From: a bacterium
GTDB taxonomy: Bacteria; Bacillota_I; Bacilli_A; RF39; UBA660
Assembly (NCBI GenBank): GCA_029100545.1
Contig: JAQXPH010000010.1
Span: 1 to 61,601, forward strand
DNA length: 61,601 nt
Direction: 5' to 3'
Below are positions 51,006-61,601 of this stretch, one piece after another (the first letter of the stretch is position 1; every line of letters begins with the position of its first letter). The notes beneath the pieces are model-generated. The model did no database searches. It saw only the letters and a list, made by a program, of their open reading frames with translations, and had not been told where the DNA came from. A program made the translations under genes and the position numbers.

Positions 51006-53126
51006 GTGAAAGATGAAGTTTTAAAAATATTTGAGAATAACAAAAATGTTAGCATAACATTTCATAACATAAAAAAATTGTTAAATTCTTCAAAGAAAAA
51101 AATTGATGATGAACTTAGAAAAGTTTTATTTGAGCTTGAATGCGAAGGGAAAGTATATTGTGATGATGATGAAATATATCATAATTTTCCCAATAATTTT
51201 AGAATAAATGAAATAATTCAAAACAAAGATAGTAAATGTTTTATTCGTATTGGTCAAAATTTTCATGAGATAAAAAATGATAAACTTTCTTCGGCTCAAA
51301 ATGGTGATATAGTAATATGTAAAAAAAGTAAAGGTAAATCATACGAAGTTGTTAAAATTTTAAAAAGAAGTCGTGGTAAAGTATTATGTTTACTTAAAAT
51401 AGATGAAAATAATCATCTTTATTTGGAACCCATAAACTCACAAAAAAATATCAAAATTGGTATAAATCGTAAAATTCTTAGGAAATATCCATTGAATCAA
51501 AAATTTATTATAAAACTTTATACAACAAAATATGATGAATACTATGATGCCATAATTGATAAAGTAATTGGTGATATTGATAAAATTGAAACAATTGCTA
51601 TATCAAATGGCTTTTATCCTGAATTTAGCGAAGAAACTATCAAAGAAGTAGAAAAAATACCAAATAAAACTACCGAAAAAGATCTTGAAGGCAGACTAGA
51701 TTTAAGAAATAAAACAATTTATACTATTGATGATAAAACTGCTAAAGACTTAGATGATTCTATATGTGTTGAAAGGTTAGAAAATGGACATTTTTTACTA
51801 TATGTAAATATTGCTCATGTTAGTAATTACGTCAAATATGGTGCAAGTTTATTTAATGATGCTTTTGAAAGAGGAACTAGTGCCTATTTATTGTATACTG
51901 TCTTTCCAATGCTTCCTCATGAACTATCAAATGGAATATGTTCTTTAAATGAAGGTGTTGATCGACTTACAAGAAGTGTAATCATGGAGTATGATGAAAA
52001 CGGTAAACAAGTTGATTATAAAATTGTTAAATCTGTTATAAATAGTAAAAAGAAAATGGCTTATGATAAAGTGAATTCTATTTTGGAGGATAATATAATT
52101 CCAAAAGGATATGAAAACTTTATTTCACCCCTATTAAATGCTGAATTATTAGCTTTAAAAATTATGAAAAATAATTCTGATGAAGGTACTTTAGATTTTG
52201 ATAGCAGTGAAAAAGTTTATGTTTATGATGATAACCAACAAATAAAAGATATAACCATAAAAAAACAACAAACATCACAAAAAATCATTGAGTGTTTTAT
52301 GATTGAAGCAAATTGTACTATAGCTAAAGATTTTTATTATAAAAAGTTACCTTTTTTATATCGTAATCATAATATCCCTGACATAAATAGATTTACAAAT
52401 ACTGTAAAATTAATTAATAATATTGGTTTTAATATAGATAAAATAAAGGATATAAATGACCCAAAAGTTATTCAAAAGATATTAAATAACTTAGCTAACA
52501 AAAAAGAATTTCCTATTCTTTCAACATTTATATTAAGGTCAATGGAAAAAGCTAATTATAGCAATGTAAACAATGGTCATTATGGTCTTGCCAAAGATAT
52601 CTACACACATTTCACTTCACCCATCAGAAGATTATGTGATTTAGTAGTTCATATGTTAATTGATTATTATGAAGAAAAATATCCTAATGAAGAAGAAATA
52701 GATAATTTAATGACAATTTTAAACAATATAGCTTTACAAGCATCACTTAAAGAAAAAGATGAAATTAAAGCAGAATATGAAGCACAAAAATATGCAGATG
52801 TTATGTATATGACTGATTTTATAGGTCATACATTCAATGCATATGTTACCGATTTAAATGCATCTTATATAAAAGTTCGTACTGATAATATGATCGAAGG
52901 AATTATTAGTTTGAATAATATAAATGAAAAATACTATTTTGATGATAAAAAAAAGATAATAAGTTTTGAATCAAATGGATTACAATTATCATTGTGTTCA
53001 AATGTAAAAGTTACCTTAATTGAGGCAAACGAAGATGAAAGGACTTTATATTTTTCACTTCCATTTATTTTAAAAAAACAAAAACATGACCAATTACAAA
53101 GAAAAAGAGCTTTACATTACAAGTAA
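51006..53126 (+). CDS. rnr: RNase R / RNB family exoribonuclease
   Basis: TIDDKTAKDLDD, RGTSAY, PMLP..LSNGICSL, HYGL..YTHFTSPIRR, C-terminal S1 domain. Confidence 0.85.
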   Translation: MKDEVLKIFENNKNVSITFHNIKKLLNSSKKKIDDELRKVLFELECEGKVYCDDDEIYHNFPNNFRINEIIQNKDSKCFIRIGQNFHEIKNDKLSSAQNGDIVICKKSKGKSYEVVKILKRSRGKVLCLLKIDENNHLYLEPINSQKNIKIGINRKILRKYPLNQKFIIKLYTTKYDEYYDAIIDKVIGDIDKIETIAISNGFYPEFSEETIKEVEKIPNKTTEKDLEGRLDLRNKTIYTIDDKTAKDLDDSICVERLENGHFLLYVNIAHVSNYVKYGASLFNDAFERGTSAYLLYTVFPMLPHELSNGICSLNEGVDRLTRSVIMEYDENGKQVDYKIVKSVINSKKKMAYDKVNSILEDNIIPKGYENFISPLLNAELLALKIMKNNSDEGTLDFDSSEKVYVYDDNQQIKDITIKKQQTSQKIIECFMIEANCTIAKDFYYKKLPFLYRNHNIPDINRFTNTVKLINNIGFNIDKIKDINDPKVIQKILNNLANKKEFPILSTFILRSMEKANYSNVNNGHYGLAKDIYTHFTSPIRRLCDLVVHMLIDYYEEKYPNEEEIDNLMTILNNIALQASLKEKDEIKAEYEAQKYADVMYMTDFIGHTFNAYVTDLNASYIKVRTDNMIEGIISLNNINEKYYFDDKKKIISFESNGLQLSLCSNVKVTLIEANEDERTLYFSLPFILKKQKHDQLQRKRALHYK

Positions 53127-53135
53127 GTTCTTTTT

Positions 53136-53366
53136 TTATTTATTTTGATTATTATAATAATTAAATTCTGATAAATCAATTGCAAGACTTTCAAGTTCTT
53201 CATCATTTTCTTCAATTAAAACATTATTAAGTTCAAAAATTAAATTTTCTAAACTATCATAATTATCATAATCAATATTATTCTTTTTTAATGTTTTAAT
53301 TTGATTATTTGAAAGAAACATTCCATTTTCTCTTTCAATTCTTAAATCATTTTGATCAAATTCCAT
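53136..53366 (-). CDS. Small acidic hypothetical protein
   Basis: 76-aa ORF with AGGAG RBS. Confidence 0.6.
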   Translation of the reverse strand: MEFDQNDLRIERENGMFLSNNQIKTLKKNNIDYDNYDSLENLIFELNNVLIEENDEELESLAIDLSEFNYYNNQNK

Positions 53367-53432
53367 ATTAACTCCTATAAAAATTATATAATAAAATAAA
53401 TTATTATTCTACAAAAAAATAAGGCAAAAGCC

Positions 53433-53825
53433 TTATTTAATATCTATTAATTTCTTAGAATCCTTATTATCTTCTTTAGGTACATTAATTATTAAAGTAC
53501 CATCTTTAAATTCTGCAGAAATTTTGTCTTCTTCAACTTCACCTAAATAGAAACTTCTTTCACATTTTTCATAAAATTTTCTTTCACGGCGAAGATATTT
53601 TTTCTTATTATTTTCCTCTTTTTCTGAATGTTTTTCAGCTGTGATTTTTAAATTACCTTTATTGCATTCTATTTTAATGTCTTCTTTCTTAAATCCTGGA
53701 ACATCAACTTCAATGCAATAGTTATTTTCATTTTCATAAATATCACATGCCATTTTATTATTTAATTCTTTACTTGGAGTAAAATCATCTAAGAAATCAT
53801 CAAAAAATATTCTACTTGGTAACAT
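53433..53825 (-). CDS. Hsp20/alpha-crystallin small heat shock protein
   Basis: CDIYE..IEVDVPGFKKEDI, RRER..ERSF, AEFKDGTLIINVPK; start set at ATG 53825 behind AAGGAAG. Confidence 0.93.
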   Translation of the reverse strand: MLPSRIFFDDFLDDFTPSKELNNKMACDIYENENNYCIEVDVPGFKKEDIKIECNKGNLKITAEKHSEKEENNKKKYLRRERKFYEKCERSFYLGEVEEDKISAEFKDGTLIINVPKEDNKDSKKLIDIK

Positions 53826-53850
53826 AATTTTCACTTCCTTTCATATTTTC

Positions 53851-53892
53851 ATTATATTACTATTATTAGCACTTGTCAATCTTATTTGCTAA
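53851..53892 (-). promoter_or_regulatory. Consensus sigma-A promoter overlapped by a CIRCE-like (HrcA) operator
   Basis: TTGACA (53874-53879)-17-TATAAT (53851-53856); TTAGCACTT-N9-ATTTGCTAA at 53866-53892 versus CIRCE TTAGCACTC-N9-GAGTGCTAA. Confidence 0.8.
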
Positions 53893-53969
53893 TTATTTAT
53901 GAATTTTATATTTCTATTTGCTATTATATGTAAAATATGCTAGAATATACAACAAGTTAAGGGGGAAAC

Positions 53970-54806
53970 ATGAATAATTTTATTACTTTTGGTACTAAAA
54001 GTTTAAATCCTGAGCTATTTAAAAAAGTTTTACCATATCCAGATGGTTCTATAACTAAACCAATTGGGGGGCTTTGGTGTACAAGATATTTTAGTATAAA
54101 TGCTAATGAATGGTTAATGTATTTAGAAAGTAAAAGAAGTTTATTTTATTCGAAATTTAATGGAGATGCATGTATTATTAATTTAAAAGAAAATGCAAAT
54201 ATATTATATATTAATACAATAGATGATTTTAATAATGCTTTAAAATTATATCGGTTAGATAACAATAAATTAGATTTTCAAAAGTTATCAAATGATTATG
54301 ATGGATTATTTTTAAATTCTTCTATAATAAAAGACATTGGATATATTGATTGGTCAATTTCAAGCTTAGTATTATTTAATTTAGAGTGCATTAAAGAATA
54401 TACACCAATTGAAGTTGAATATTTTATTGAAGAATATTCAATTGAATATGAAATCAAAAAAATTGAGGAAACAAGAATTATTGAAAAACCTAATGCTGAT
54501 TTTACGAATTTATATAATTTAATTAAATATGAATTTGAATTTAATATTCATAAAGATATTTTTGAATATTTAGAAATGAATGAATATTATAATAAACTTT
54601 ATAGTACTATTAAAAATATAATATTTAGTATAATTCAAAACGAAGAAATTATATTTAAAATACTTGAAAGTGAAAATTTAAAATTCGATAAAAAAAATAA
54701 ACAAGATATAATAGATGCTTTAACTCATAAACTTTTTGAAGAAGAATTTGAAAAATTTAAACCTCAAAGATTATATTATAGTAGAAAATTAAATAAAGGA
54801 GATTAA
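53970..54806 (+). CDS. Hypothetical protein with KPxGGLW motif (possible ADP-ribosyltransferase-like fold)
   Basis: TKPIGGLWCT..NEW..DFQKLSNDYDGL..WSISSLVLFN; GGGGG RBS. Confidence 0.5.
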   Translation: MNNFITFGTKSLNPELFKKVLPYPDGSITKPIGGLWCTRYFSINANEWLMYLESKRSLFYSKFNGDACIINLKENANILYINTIDDFNNALKLYRLDNNKLDFQKLSNDYDGLFLNSSIIKDIGYIDWSISSLVLFNLECIKEYTPIEVEYFIEEYSIEYEIKKIEETRIIEKPNADFTNLYNLIKYEFEFNIHKDIFEYLEMNEYYNKLYSTIKNIIFSIIQNEEIIFKILESENLKFDKKNKQDIIDALTHKLFEEEFEKFKPQRLYYSRKLNKGD

Positions 54807-54807
54807 A

Positions 54808-55623
54808 ATGAAGTATTATTTAGCACTTGATCAAAAAAGATCAAAATTAAACGATAAAAGTGATAGATTTAAAATAATTGATTTAGAAAAAATTACTGGA
54901 ATAAAAATTAATTCTATTGATGGAATTTTAAATTTTACTTCTACTTTTTCAAATCAAAATAAATTATTTGAATTTCTTGTTAAAAATAATTATTTAAATC
55001 TAGAAGATATCACTAAAAATTTTTGCATTTGTTATAAAAGTCCTAAAAAAAATGATATTCCAGGCAAATGGACTAAATGTGGAAAAAGTTTAAAAGGTCA
55101 CAGCGATGTATTATTTGGAAGTGATAACAAATTATGTAATCCAAGTATACTACTAAATCATTTATTAGGTATGCAAATTAATAATTTAAATTTTAGTACT
55201 TATGATTCTTTAAATATAAATGATAAAATAAATGTAAATACATTAATATTAATTGCAAAAGAATTAATTAATAATGAATTTTATAAATATGATGATGTTT
55301 TAGAAAGTGCTTATGGCCTATTAAATTATGCTAACAATATAAAAAATAACAATTTTGTAGATAATAAATATTATTATAAATATGTTGCCCTTTTAGTAGA
55401 ACATTTATCATTTAAATATGATAAATTTGATGTAGATAAAGTAAACCCCTTAAAAAACAAAGAAGGAGTAACATATATTAAACGAAGACATATATTTGAA
55501 TTTGTATTGTTTTTAGTTCATATTGAAAATGAACTTATGAAAAAAGAATTATCTAAAGATAATATAAAGGAAAATAATAACGAATGTTTTAATCAAGAAA
55601 ATATGCAATTAACATTTTTTTAA
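54808..55623 (+). CDS. Hypothetical protein
   Basis: 271-aa ORF with AAGGAG RBS, 1 nt after the upstream stop; hairpin terminator at 55623-55650. Confidence 0.65.
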   Translation: MKYYLALDQKRSKLNDKSDRFKIIDLEKITGIKINSIDGILNFTSTFSNQNKLFEFLVKNNYLNLEDITKNFCICYKSPKKNDIPGKWTKCGKSLKGHSDVLFGSDNKLCNPSILLNHLLGMQINNLNFSTYDSLNINDKINVNTLILIAKELINNEFYKYDDVLESAYGLLNYANNIKNNNFVDNKYYYKYVALLVEHLSFKYDKFDVDKVNPLKNKEGVTYIKRRHIFEFVLFLVHIENELMKKELSKDNIKENNNECFNQENMQLTFF

Positions 55624-55692
55624 AATTTCACATTTTGTGAAGTTTTTTTTTATATTTTGTGTTATTATATAAATGATAGAAAGGGTATAAAA

Positions 55693-57198
55693 ATGAATAA
55701 TGAACAAAATAATATAAATAATAAAATAGTTAATAATGTTGAAACAGATAATTTAGACTTTACTCCCCCACTTGTACCAAATCAAAATATTCAAAAGTAT
55801 ACTCCAGAACCAGTTAAGAAAAAAAGTATTATTTCTATAATATTTTCAATATTAGGTTTTATTATAATTATTGGACTTCTTGTAATTGCATTTTATTATT
55901 TATTAATATTTAATAAAAATGGTGATGAAAACTTTAAAAATGCAGTAGATAGTATTTATAATTATATAAATGTTGCTTATGAAAAAGGAAAGCAATTTAC
56001 TAACATTAACTATACAAATAATATTGTTTCAGTTACAGCAAATTTAAATATAGAAAAAGAAAGCACACAAGATAATAAATTATTAATAAATTTTGAATAT
56101 GATTTAGATTATCCAAATGAAAAAATTGTATATGCTACTTCCACATATAATAACAATAATGAAATAAGTAATCTAATATATAACTATGAAAATGCTAATT
56201 CTTATATATTACTTAAAAAAGCATATAATAATCCTATTTTATATGAAGAAAATAATTTATTTAAAACTAAAAGTAATCAGTTAGTTACCTATGAAGATTA
56301 TTATTATCTTATTTCAAAAATTAAAGAATACTTTTTAAATAGTGTTAATAAAGATGACTTTGATGTTGTATTAGATATTAGAAAAGAAAATAATAAATAT
56401 ATATTTCAAAAAAAAGTTACTTATTTAATTCAAAATACAGTATTTGATAATTTAATTGACAAAGTAATTGATAAAATTAAAAATGATGAAAAATATATGC
56501 AAATATTATATAATATTCTAAATAAATATTATAATTATCCAAATGGTTATAGTATGGATGATATAAATGAATTAATTAAAAAAACAAGAAATGATTTAAT
56601 TAGAGAATATGATGGTAATGTTGGAATAAATGTCTATACTGATGTTTTGGGGAAAAATATAAAAAAAATAGAATTATCTCATGAAGGAAATAAATTATTT
56701 TATTATAATAATGGAAATATAGAAATTAATGTAAAAAACTATAAATTTATATATGAAAATAAAATATTAAATATTTATAAAGAAGATAATTTAATTCAAA
56801 CAATTAATATTAATTCTTTTAATAATAATGAAATAAATATAGAATTTCAAAAAAATAACTATTTTAATAAATTAAATATAGTTATAAATAATAATATTAA
56901 GATAATTTATGAAACCAATAATTTAATTTTAAACTCTTTAATTGAAAAAAAAGATAATAATGTATATGATTATATAATAAATTATGAAGATGGTTTGGAT
57001 AAATATAAATTATATGGACATATTAATATAAATGATAATGGAAAATTAACGTTATTTGATAAAACCAATGCTATTGCAAAAGAAAATTTATCTTACAATG
57101 ATCAAATGACAATTAAACAGCATTATTCAAATATAACAAAACAAATTAAATCTTTTTTAAATATTCAAGATATAGTTAAGAATAATACCAATAATTAA
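55693..57198 (+). CDS. Single-pass membrane-anchored Asn-rich hypothetical protein
   Basis: One N-terminal TM helix followed by a large extracellular region. Confidence 0.7.
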   Translation: MNNEQNNINNKIVNNVETDNLDFTPPLVPNQNIQKYTPEPVKKKSIISIIFSILGFIIIIGLLVIAFYYLLIFNKNGDENFKNAVDSIYNYINVAYEKGKQFTNINYTNNIVSVTANLNIEKESTQDNKLLINFEYDLDYPNEKIVYATSTYNNNNEISNLIYNYENANSYILLKKAYNNPILYEENNLFKTKSNQLVTYEDYYYLISKIKEYFLNSVNKDDFDVVLDIRKENNKYIFQKKVTYLIQNTVFDNLIDKVIDKIKNDEKYMQILYNILNKYYNYPNGYSMDDINELIKKTRNDLIREYDGNVGINVYTDVLGKNIKKIELSHEGNKLFYYNNGNIEINVKNYKFIYENKILNIYKEDNLIQTININSFNNNEINIEFQKNNYFNKLNIVINNNIKIIYETNNLILNSLIEKKDNNVYDYIINYEDGLDKYKLYGHININDNGKLTLFDKTNAIAKENLSYNDQMTIKQHYSNITKQIKSFLNIQDIVKNNTNN

Positions 57199-57232
57199 CA
57201 AATAAGTAATTCATCACTTATTTGTTTTTTTT
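57198..57232 (+). terminator. Intrinsic terminator
   Basis: ACAAATAAGT-loop-ACTTATTTGT followed by a T run. Confidence 0.7.
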
Positions 57233-57286
57233 CAAAATAAAAAGACTGTTATCAATATTTGATTAACAGTCTATATTTTAATAGAA

Positions 57287-58549
57287 TTATTTTACTAGTT
57301 TTTTATAACCTAGTATCATTCCTACACCAGCTATAGATAACAAACCAATAATTAATGGTAAATTAATATCTGCAGTATCTGGTGGTAATTCAACTTTTTC
57401 TTTAAATGTTGCACTAATATTTACATTTGATTTAATTACAAATTTTCCATTAGTTACAGCAACTTCTTTTCCATCACTATCAATAACTTTTAATGTATCT
57501 AATTCATAACCATTATTAGGAGTTATAGTAATAGTTACTTCGCTACCACTAGGATAAGCATTTTTTGGTACTGAAATAGATCCGTTTTCAGAATCAGTTA
57601 CAGTTATAAAGAATACTTCATTATTTCCTGAATAAATAGCACCATTATTAACTAAATTTCCTTTACCAGTTAAATTATATTCACCTACAAATTTTAGTGA
57701 ACTGCCTTGAGATATAGTAAGAGTTGCTCCTTCATTTACTGTAATTTTTTTACCTTCAGGTACATATAAATCATTTTGTAATGTAGTATCTTTATTAATT
57801 ACAATATCATCATAACCATTTTCAACAGCATCTTTTAAACTAGTATGATATACACTAGTAGTTCCATCTGTAGATTTAACTGGGAATAATATTTCATATG
57901 AAACTTTTATAAATTCAACTTTTGTTGGTTCTTCAACATTTGGATTCTTGTCAGCCCATACCATCCACCAATCAAGATTATTATACATAAAGAATCTATA
58001 ATTTTCTCCATATTTTAAATCAGCATCATCACTAAGTCCTAATTTATTCATTAAATCTTGTTTAATGGTTGTTACTCCATCACCATTACTATCACTTTTT
58101 ACCCAATTAGTTCCATTAAAATATAAAACACCTACACCATGAATCCAAACTGTTTCATTATTACTTAAATCATCTATAGTAATTTTTTCAAGAACGTCAG
58201 TTTTTATTTCATTAACAGTTTTAGTATCTGTATGATAGTAATAATAGTTTTGTTTATATACTGGAGTATTTCCAGTATTAGGTGAAATTCCTAAATAAAA
58301 AGTACTAAGTTTTCCACCAACTCCTGGTTTTTGATTTAAAATAGTATTAATTGATTCTTCGTTTATCACCAAAGATACTTTAAGATTATTTACATCATTT
58401 TCAGCATCATATGTTTTGGTAAAAGTAGTAAGTCCACCTAAACCATCATTTGCAGTAATACTGCTAGTTAAATCAGTTGCATTTACTTTACCAATAAAAA
58501 CAAAAGAAATAGCAATTAAAACTAAAAGTTTCTTGTATGCATTTTTCAT
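57287..58549 (-). CDS. Surface protein with bacterial Ig-like/InlB-B-type repeat and C-terminal sorting-like signal
   Basis: Signal peptide; ENGSISV..GSEVTITITPNNGYELDTLKV..VNISATF; LPPDTAD + hydrophobic helix + basic tail. Confidence 0.7.
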   Translation of the reverse strand: MKNAYKKLLVLIAISFVFIGKVNATDLTSSITANDGLGGLTTFTKTYDAENDVNNLKVSLVINEESINTILNQKPGVGGKLSTFYLGISPNTGNTPVYKQNYYYYHTDTKTVNEIKTDVLEKITIDDLSNNETVWIHGVGVLYFNGTNWVKSDSNGDGVTTIKQDLMNKLGLSDDADLKYGENYRFFMYNNLDWWMVWADKNPNVEEPTKVEFIKVSYEILFPVKSTDGTTSVYHTSLKDAVENGYDDIVINKDTTLQNDLYVPEGKKITVNEGATLTISQGSSLKFVGEYNLTGKGNLVNNGAIYSGNNEVFFITVTDSENGSISVPKNAYPSGSEVTITITPNNGYELDTLKVIDSDGKEVAVTNGKFVIKSNVNISATFKEKVELPPDTADINLPLIIGLLSIAGVGMILGYKKLVK

Positions 58550-58678
58550 TTTTTCCCTCCTTTCTTAAATTATTTCATAGAACACATACTATCCTACAAT
58601 TACATTATACAAAACTTTATTAGATTTTCAATATTTTAAATAAAATTATTAATATTTTACATATAAAAAAGCTGATAT

Positions 58679-61180
58679 TTATTCAGCTTTCAGTTTTAAA
58701 AGTTTTTCTTTTTCTTCAGTAAGTTTATTTTTTTCTTCATCAACTATATTTTTAGGTGCTTTACTTACAAAGTTTTGATTATTTAAAAGATTTTCTCTTT
58801 TTTTAATTGATTGTTCTAATTCATATATTTCTTTATTTATTAGTTCTTTATTAATTACATTTTCATGATTAAATAATAAAATAGCATAATTTGATTCATA
58901 TTTAATTGGATTATTAACACTTTTAACAATATTTTTTAGTCTTAATAAGTTAGTATAAAGTTTTTCATCATAAACTTTATTTATTACTACTTCATCATTA
59001 TTTGTAATACCATTTTCTGCTTTAAAATTTCTTAAACTAACAATGTCTTCGAAAATATTTTGAACATTTTTTTCATCAAAAACTTCTTTTTTATCATATG
59101 TTGGATATGTACTAAACATTATTGATTTATGATTTTTTAATTTTATATTTTGATATATTTCTTCCGTTACAAATGGTATAAAAGGATGAAGCATTTTTAA
59201 AATACCTTTTAATATTCTAATTAATACACTTTTAGTAGTATTATTCATAAATATTTTAGATACTTCAATATACCAAGAACAATAATCATCCCATATAAAT
59301 GTATATAAAATACTATAAGCATTATGAAATTCATATTTATCCATATATTTTGTAACGCTTTTTACCACTTTATTATATTTTGTTAAAATCCATTTATCAT
59401 ATTCATTATAATCTTTATAATCTAGATTTGATAAATCAGAAGTATTTGTTAAAACATATCTTGATGCATTCCAAATTTTATTAATAAAATTCCAAGAAGA
59501 AGCAACTTTTTCTTCATCATATCTTAAATCCATGCCGGGAGCACTATTTGTAGTTAAAAATAAACGTAAAGAATCACATCCATATTTTTCAATTACATCA
59601 ATAGGATTTACTCCGTTTCCTAAACTTTTACTCATTTTACGACCTTGATTATCTCTTATTAGGCCATGAATTAAACAATCTTTAAATGGTCTTTGTCCAG
59701 TAAATTCAAGTGATTGAAAAGTCATTCTATTAACCCAAAAAGGTATTATATCATAACCAGTTACTAAAACATCATTTGGAAAATATCTTTTAAAGTCTTC
59801 AGTTTTTTCTGGCCAACCTAATGTTGAAAATGGCCATAATGCAGATGAAAACCAAGTATCAAGTACATCTTCATCTTGAACCCAACCTTCACCTATAGGG
59901 GCATTTTCACCAACATAAATCTCATTATCTTTATACCACGCTGGTATTCTATGTCCCCACCATAGTTGCCTAGATATACACCAATCATAAGTAATTTCCA
60001 TCCAATGATTCATTACTTTTTCATATCTTTTAGGTACAAAATTTACTTTAGTATCTTTATTTTTTTGATTGTCTAATACATGATCCGCTAAAGGGCGCAT
60101 TTTAACAAACCATTGTCTAGATAAATATGGTTCTATCATTACTCCAGTTCTTTCAGAATGTCCAACACTATGAGTTATTTTTTCAACATTAATTATTAAT
60201 CCTTTTTCTTCAAGATCTTTAACTAATTTTTCCCTAGCAACTTCTCTTGACAAACCCTTATAACCTAATGCATTTTCATTCATCGTGGCATCAGGATTAA
60301 TACAAACAATTTGTTCTAAATTATGTCTAAGGCCGACTTCATAATCGTTTGGATCATGAGCTGGCGTAATTTTAACGCATCCTGTACCAAATGTTGGATC
60401 TGCATGTTCATCAGCAATAATTGGAATAAGTCTTCCTACAATAGGTAAAATTACATTTTTACCTATTAAGTTCTTATATCTTTCATCATCTGGATTTACG
60501 GCAACTGCAGTATCTCCAAAAAGAGTTTCAGGTCTAGTAGTAGCAACATCTAAATAATCATTAGTTCCTTCAATAAAATATTTAATATGATAAAAAGCTC
60601 CTTCTACCTCTTTATAAATAACCTCTTCATTAGATAATGCTGTTTGGGCTTTAGGATCCCAATTAATAATTCTATATCCACGATATATTAAACCCTTATT
60701 ATATAAATCAACAAATACTTTTCTAACTGCTTTACTTAAGCCTTCATCTAAAGTAAAACGTTCTTTACTATAGTCTAAAGACAAACCTAATTTTGCCCAT
60801 TGTTTATGTATATTATTTGCATATTCTTCTTTCCAAGCCCATGCATATTTAAGCCACTCTTCTCTATCAAGATTACGAGGGTTAATTCCCATATTAACAA
60901 GTTTTTCATCAACTTTAGCTTGAGTTGCTATACCAGCATGATCCATTCCAGGAACCCATAATGTATCATAACCACATAACTTTTTATAACGAATAATAAT
61001 ATCTTGTATAGTTGTATCCCATGCATGACCTATATGTAAATTTCCTGTTACATTTGGTGGTGGAATTACAATACAAAAAGGTTTTTTATCTTTATCATTA
61101 GTACTTAAAAAAGTATCATTACTAAGCCAAAAATTATATTTTTCATTTTCAACTTTTTTAAAATCATATTTACTATCCAT
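58679..61180 (-). CDS. valS: Valine--tRNA ligase
   Basis: [46 protein letters not shown]; start at ATG 61180 behind GGAGG. Confidence 0.98.
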   Translation of the reverse strand: MDSKYDFKKVENEKYNFWLSNDTFLSTNDKDKKPFCIVIPPPNVTGNLHIGHAWDTTIQDIIIRYKKLCGYDTLWVPGMDHAGIATQAKVDEKLVNMGINPRNLDREEWLKYAWAWKEEYANNIHKQWAKLGLSLDYSKERFTLDEGLSKAVRKVFVDLYNKGLIYRGYRIINWDPKAQTALSNEEVIYKEVEGAFYHIKYFIEGTNDYLDVATTRPETLFGDTAVAVNPDDERYKNLIGKNVILPIVGRLIPIIADEHADPTFGTGCVKITPAHDPNDYEVGLRHNLEQIVCINPDATMNENALGYKGLSREVAREKLVKDLEEKGLIINVEKITHSVGHSERTGVMIEPYLSRQWFVKMRPLADHVLDNQKNKDTKVNFVPKRYEKVMNHWMEITYDWCISRQLWWGHRIPAWYKDNEIYVGENAPIGEGWVQDEDVLDTWFSSALWPFSTLGWPEKTEDFKRYFPNDVLVTGYDIIPFWVNRMTFQSLEFTGQRPFKDCLIHGLIRDNQGRKMSKSLGNGVNPIDVIEKYGCDSLRLFLTTNSAPGMDLRYDEEKVASSWNFINKIWNASRYVLTNTSDLSNLDYKDYNEYDKWILTKYNKVVKSVTKYMDKYEFHNAYSILYTFIWDDYCSWYIEVSKIFMNNTTKSVLIRILKGILKMLHPFIPFVTEEIYQNIKLKNHKSIMFSTYPTYDKKEVFDEKNVQNIFEDIVSLRNFKAENGITNNDEVVINKVYDEKLYTNLLRLKNIVKSVNNPIKYESNYAILLFNHENVINKELINKEIYELEQSIKKRENLLNNQNFVSKAPKNIVDEEKNKLTEEKEKLLKLKAE

Positions 61181-61192
61181 ATTTCCTCCATT

Positions 61193-61405
61193 AAAAAAAG
61201 TGGCAACCAAAGGGTGCATTTAGCACGGTACCACCTTTATATTTAACTTATTATCCTTAATGCGGATTAAACAATTTATCCTATTTACTTAGATAAATAA
61301 CTTGCAAGCTACTTCATTTAATCATTGTTTAAGAAAAGCTTTCAGCCAATGACTTTTCCTCTCTGATAAATTAATTAAACTACTCCTCTTGGTCTTCGTT
61401 TTTAC
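61193..61405 (-). promoter_or_regulatory. T-box riboswitch (Val) leader of valS
   Basis: AGAGA and GCTGA stem I boxes, specifier GAA-GTA (Val; 61310-61312), T-box AAGGTGGTACCG (61226-61237) with antiterminator AAGG/CCTT and GTGC/GCAC, T7 tract at 61193-61199. Confidence 0.88.
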
Positions 61406-61533
61406 GATTATAGTATAACAAACAAAATTGTTTTTTTCAATCTATTTTAATTCATAATCACCCGAGTTTGACAGTTTTTAATTAGAAATCTTCGCTAAGC
61501 ATTAAAAAACTTAGTTTTTTTATTGTTTTAATG

Positions 61534-61601
61534 TTGCGTAGGTCTTCGTATGGTGGTATAATTATATTGAGGATGATATTATGAGACTAAACATAAGAAG
61601 A
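61534..61601 (+). promoter_or_regulatory. Promoter, RBS and start of a gene leaving the window
   Basis: TTGCGT-17-TATAAT (61534-61562), GAGGA RBS, ATG at 61581 (MRLNIRR...). Confidence 0.55.

Noticed and set aside
61420-61530. Possible ncRNA or element end between the valS promoter and the next gene
   Set aside because: Only weak A/T-rich inverted repeats; nothing supportable.
1-61601. CRISPR array, cas genes, integrase, transposase or reverse transcriptase
   Set aside because: No regularly spaced repeats and no ORF with such motifs was seen; the island is inferred from the dacF break only.

Overview
Very AT-rich chromosomal segment from a low-GC Firmicute (Bacilli; gene style suggests an uncultured RF39/Erysipelotrichales-like gut lineage, which is an inference). 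From about 8.4 kb rightwards it is mostly ordinary chromosome: ylxM-ftsY-yebC, a roughly 25 kb cell-wall polysaccharide locus (gtrA/GT2, tagA, wecB, rmlAB, fdtA-GNAT-fdtB, TagF-like, GT2/GT4/GT8, wzm/wzt, O-antigen-ligase-like, tagO), typA, tRNA-Glu(CTC), a CofE-like ligase, two MacB-like ABC fusions, a cohesin-like/dockerin-autolysin pair, ZIP transporter, thermonuclease, RNase R-like, CIRCE-controlled hsp20 and T-box-controlled valS. The left 8 kb looks like an island inserted into a dacF-like gene that is cut right after its SxN motif. It carries (i) a leader-peptide attenuator controlling an ASCH-cytidine deaminase fusion, two GNATs and two gene remnants, and (ii) the best candidate for an undescribed system: an HTH-WYL regulator followed by a tightly coupled operon of an NT5C-like HAD, a HAD-IIB/PRTase fusion and a PfkB kinase/double-SIS fusion. 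The PfkB-SIS gene is absent from the ORF track and runs off the window edge.
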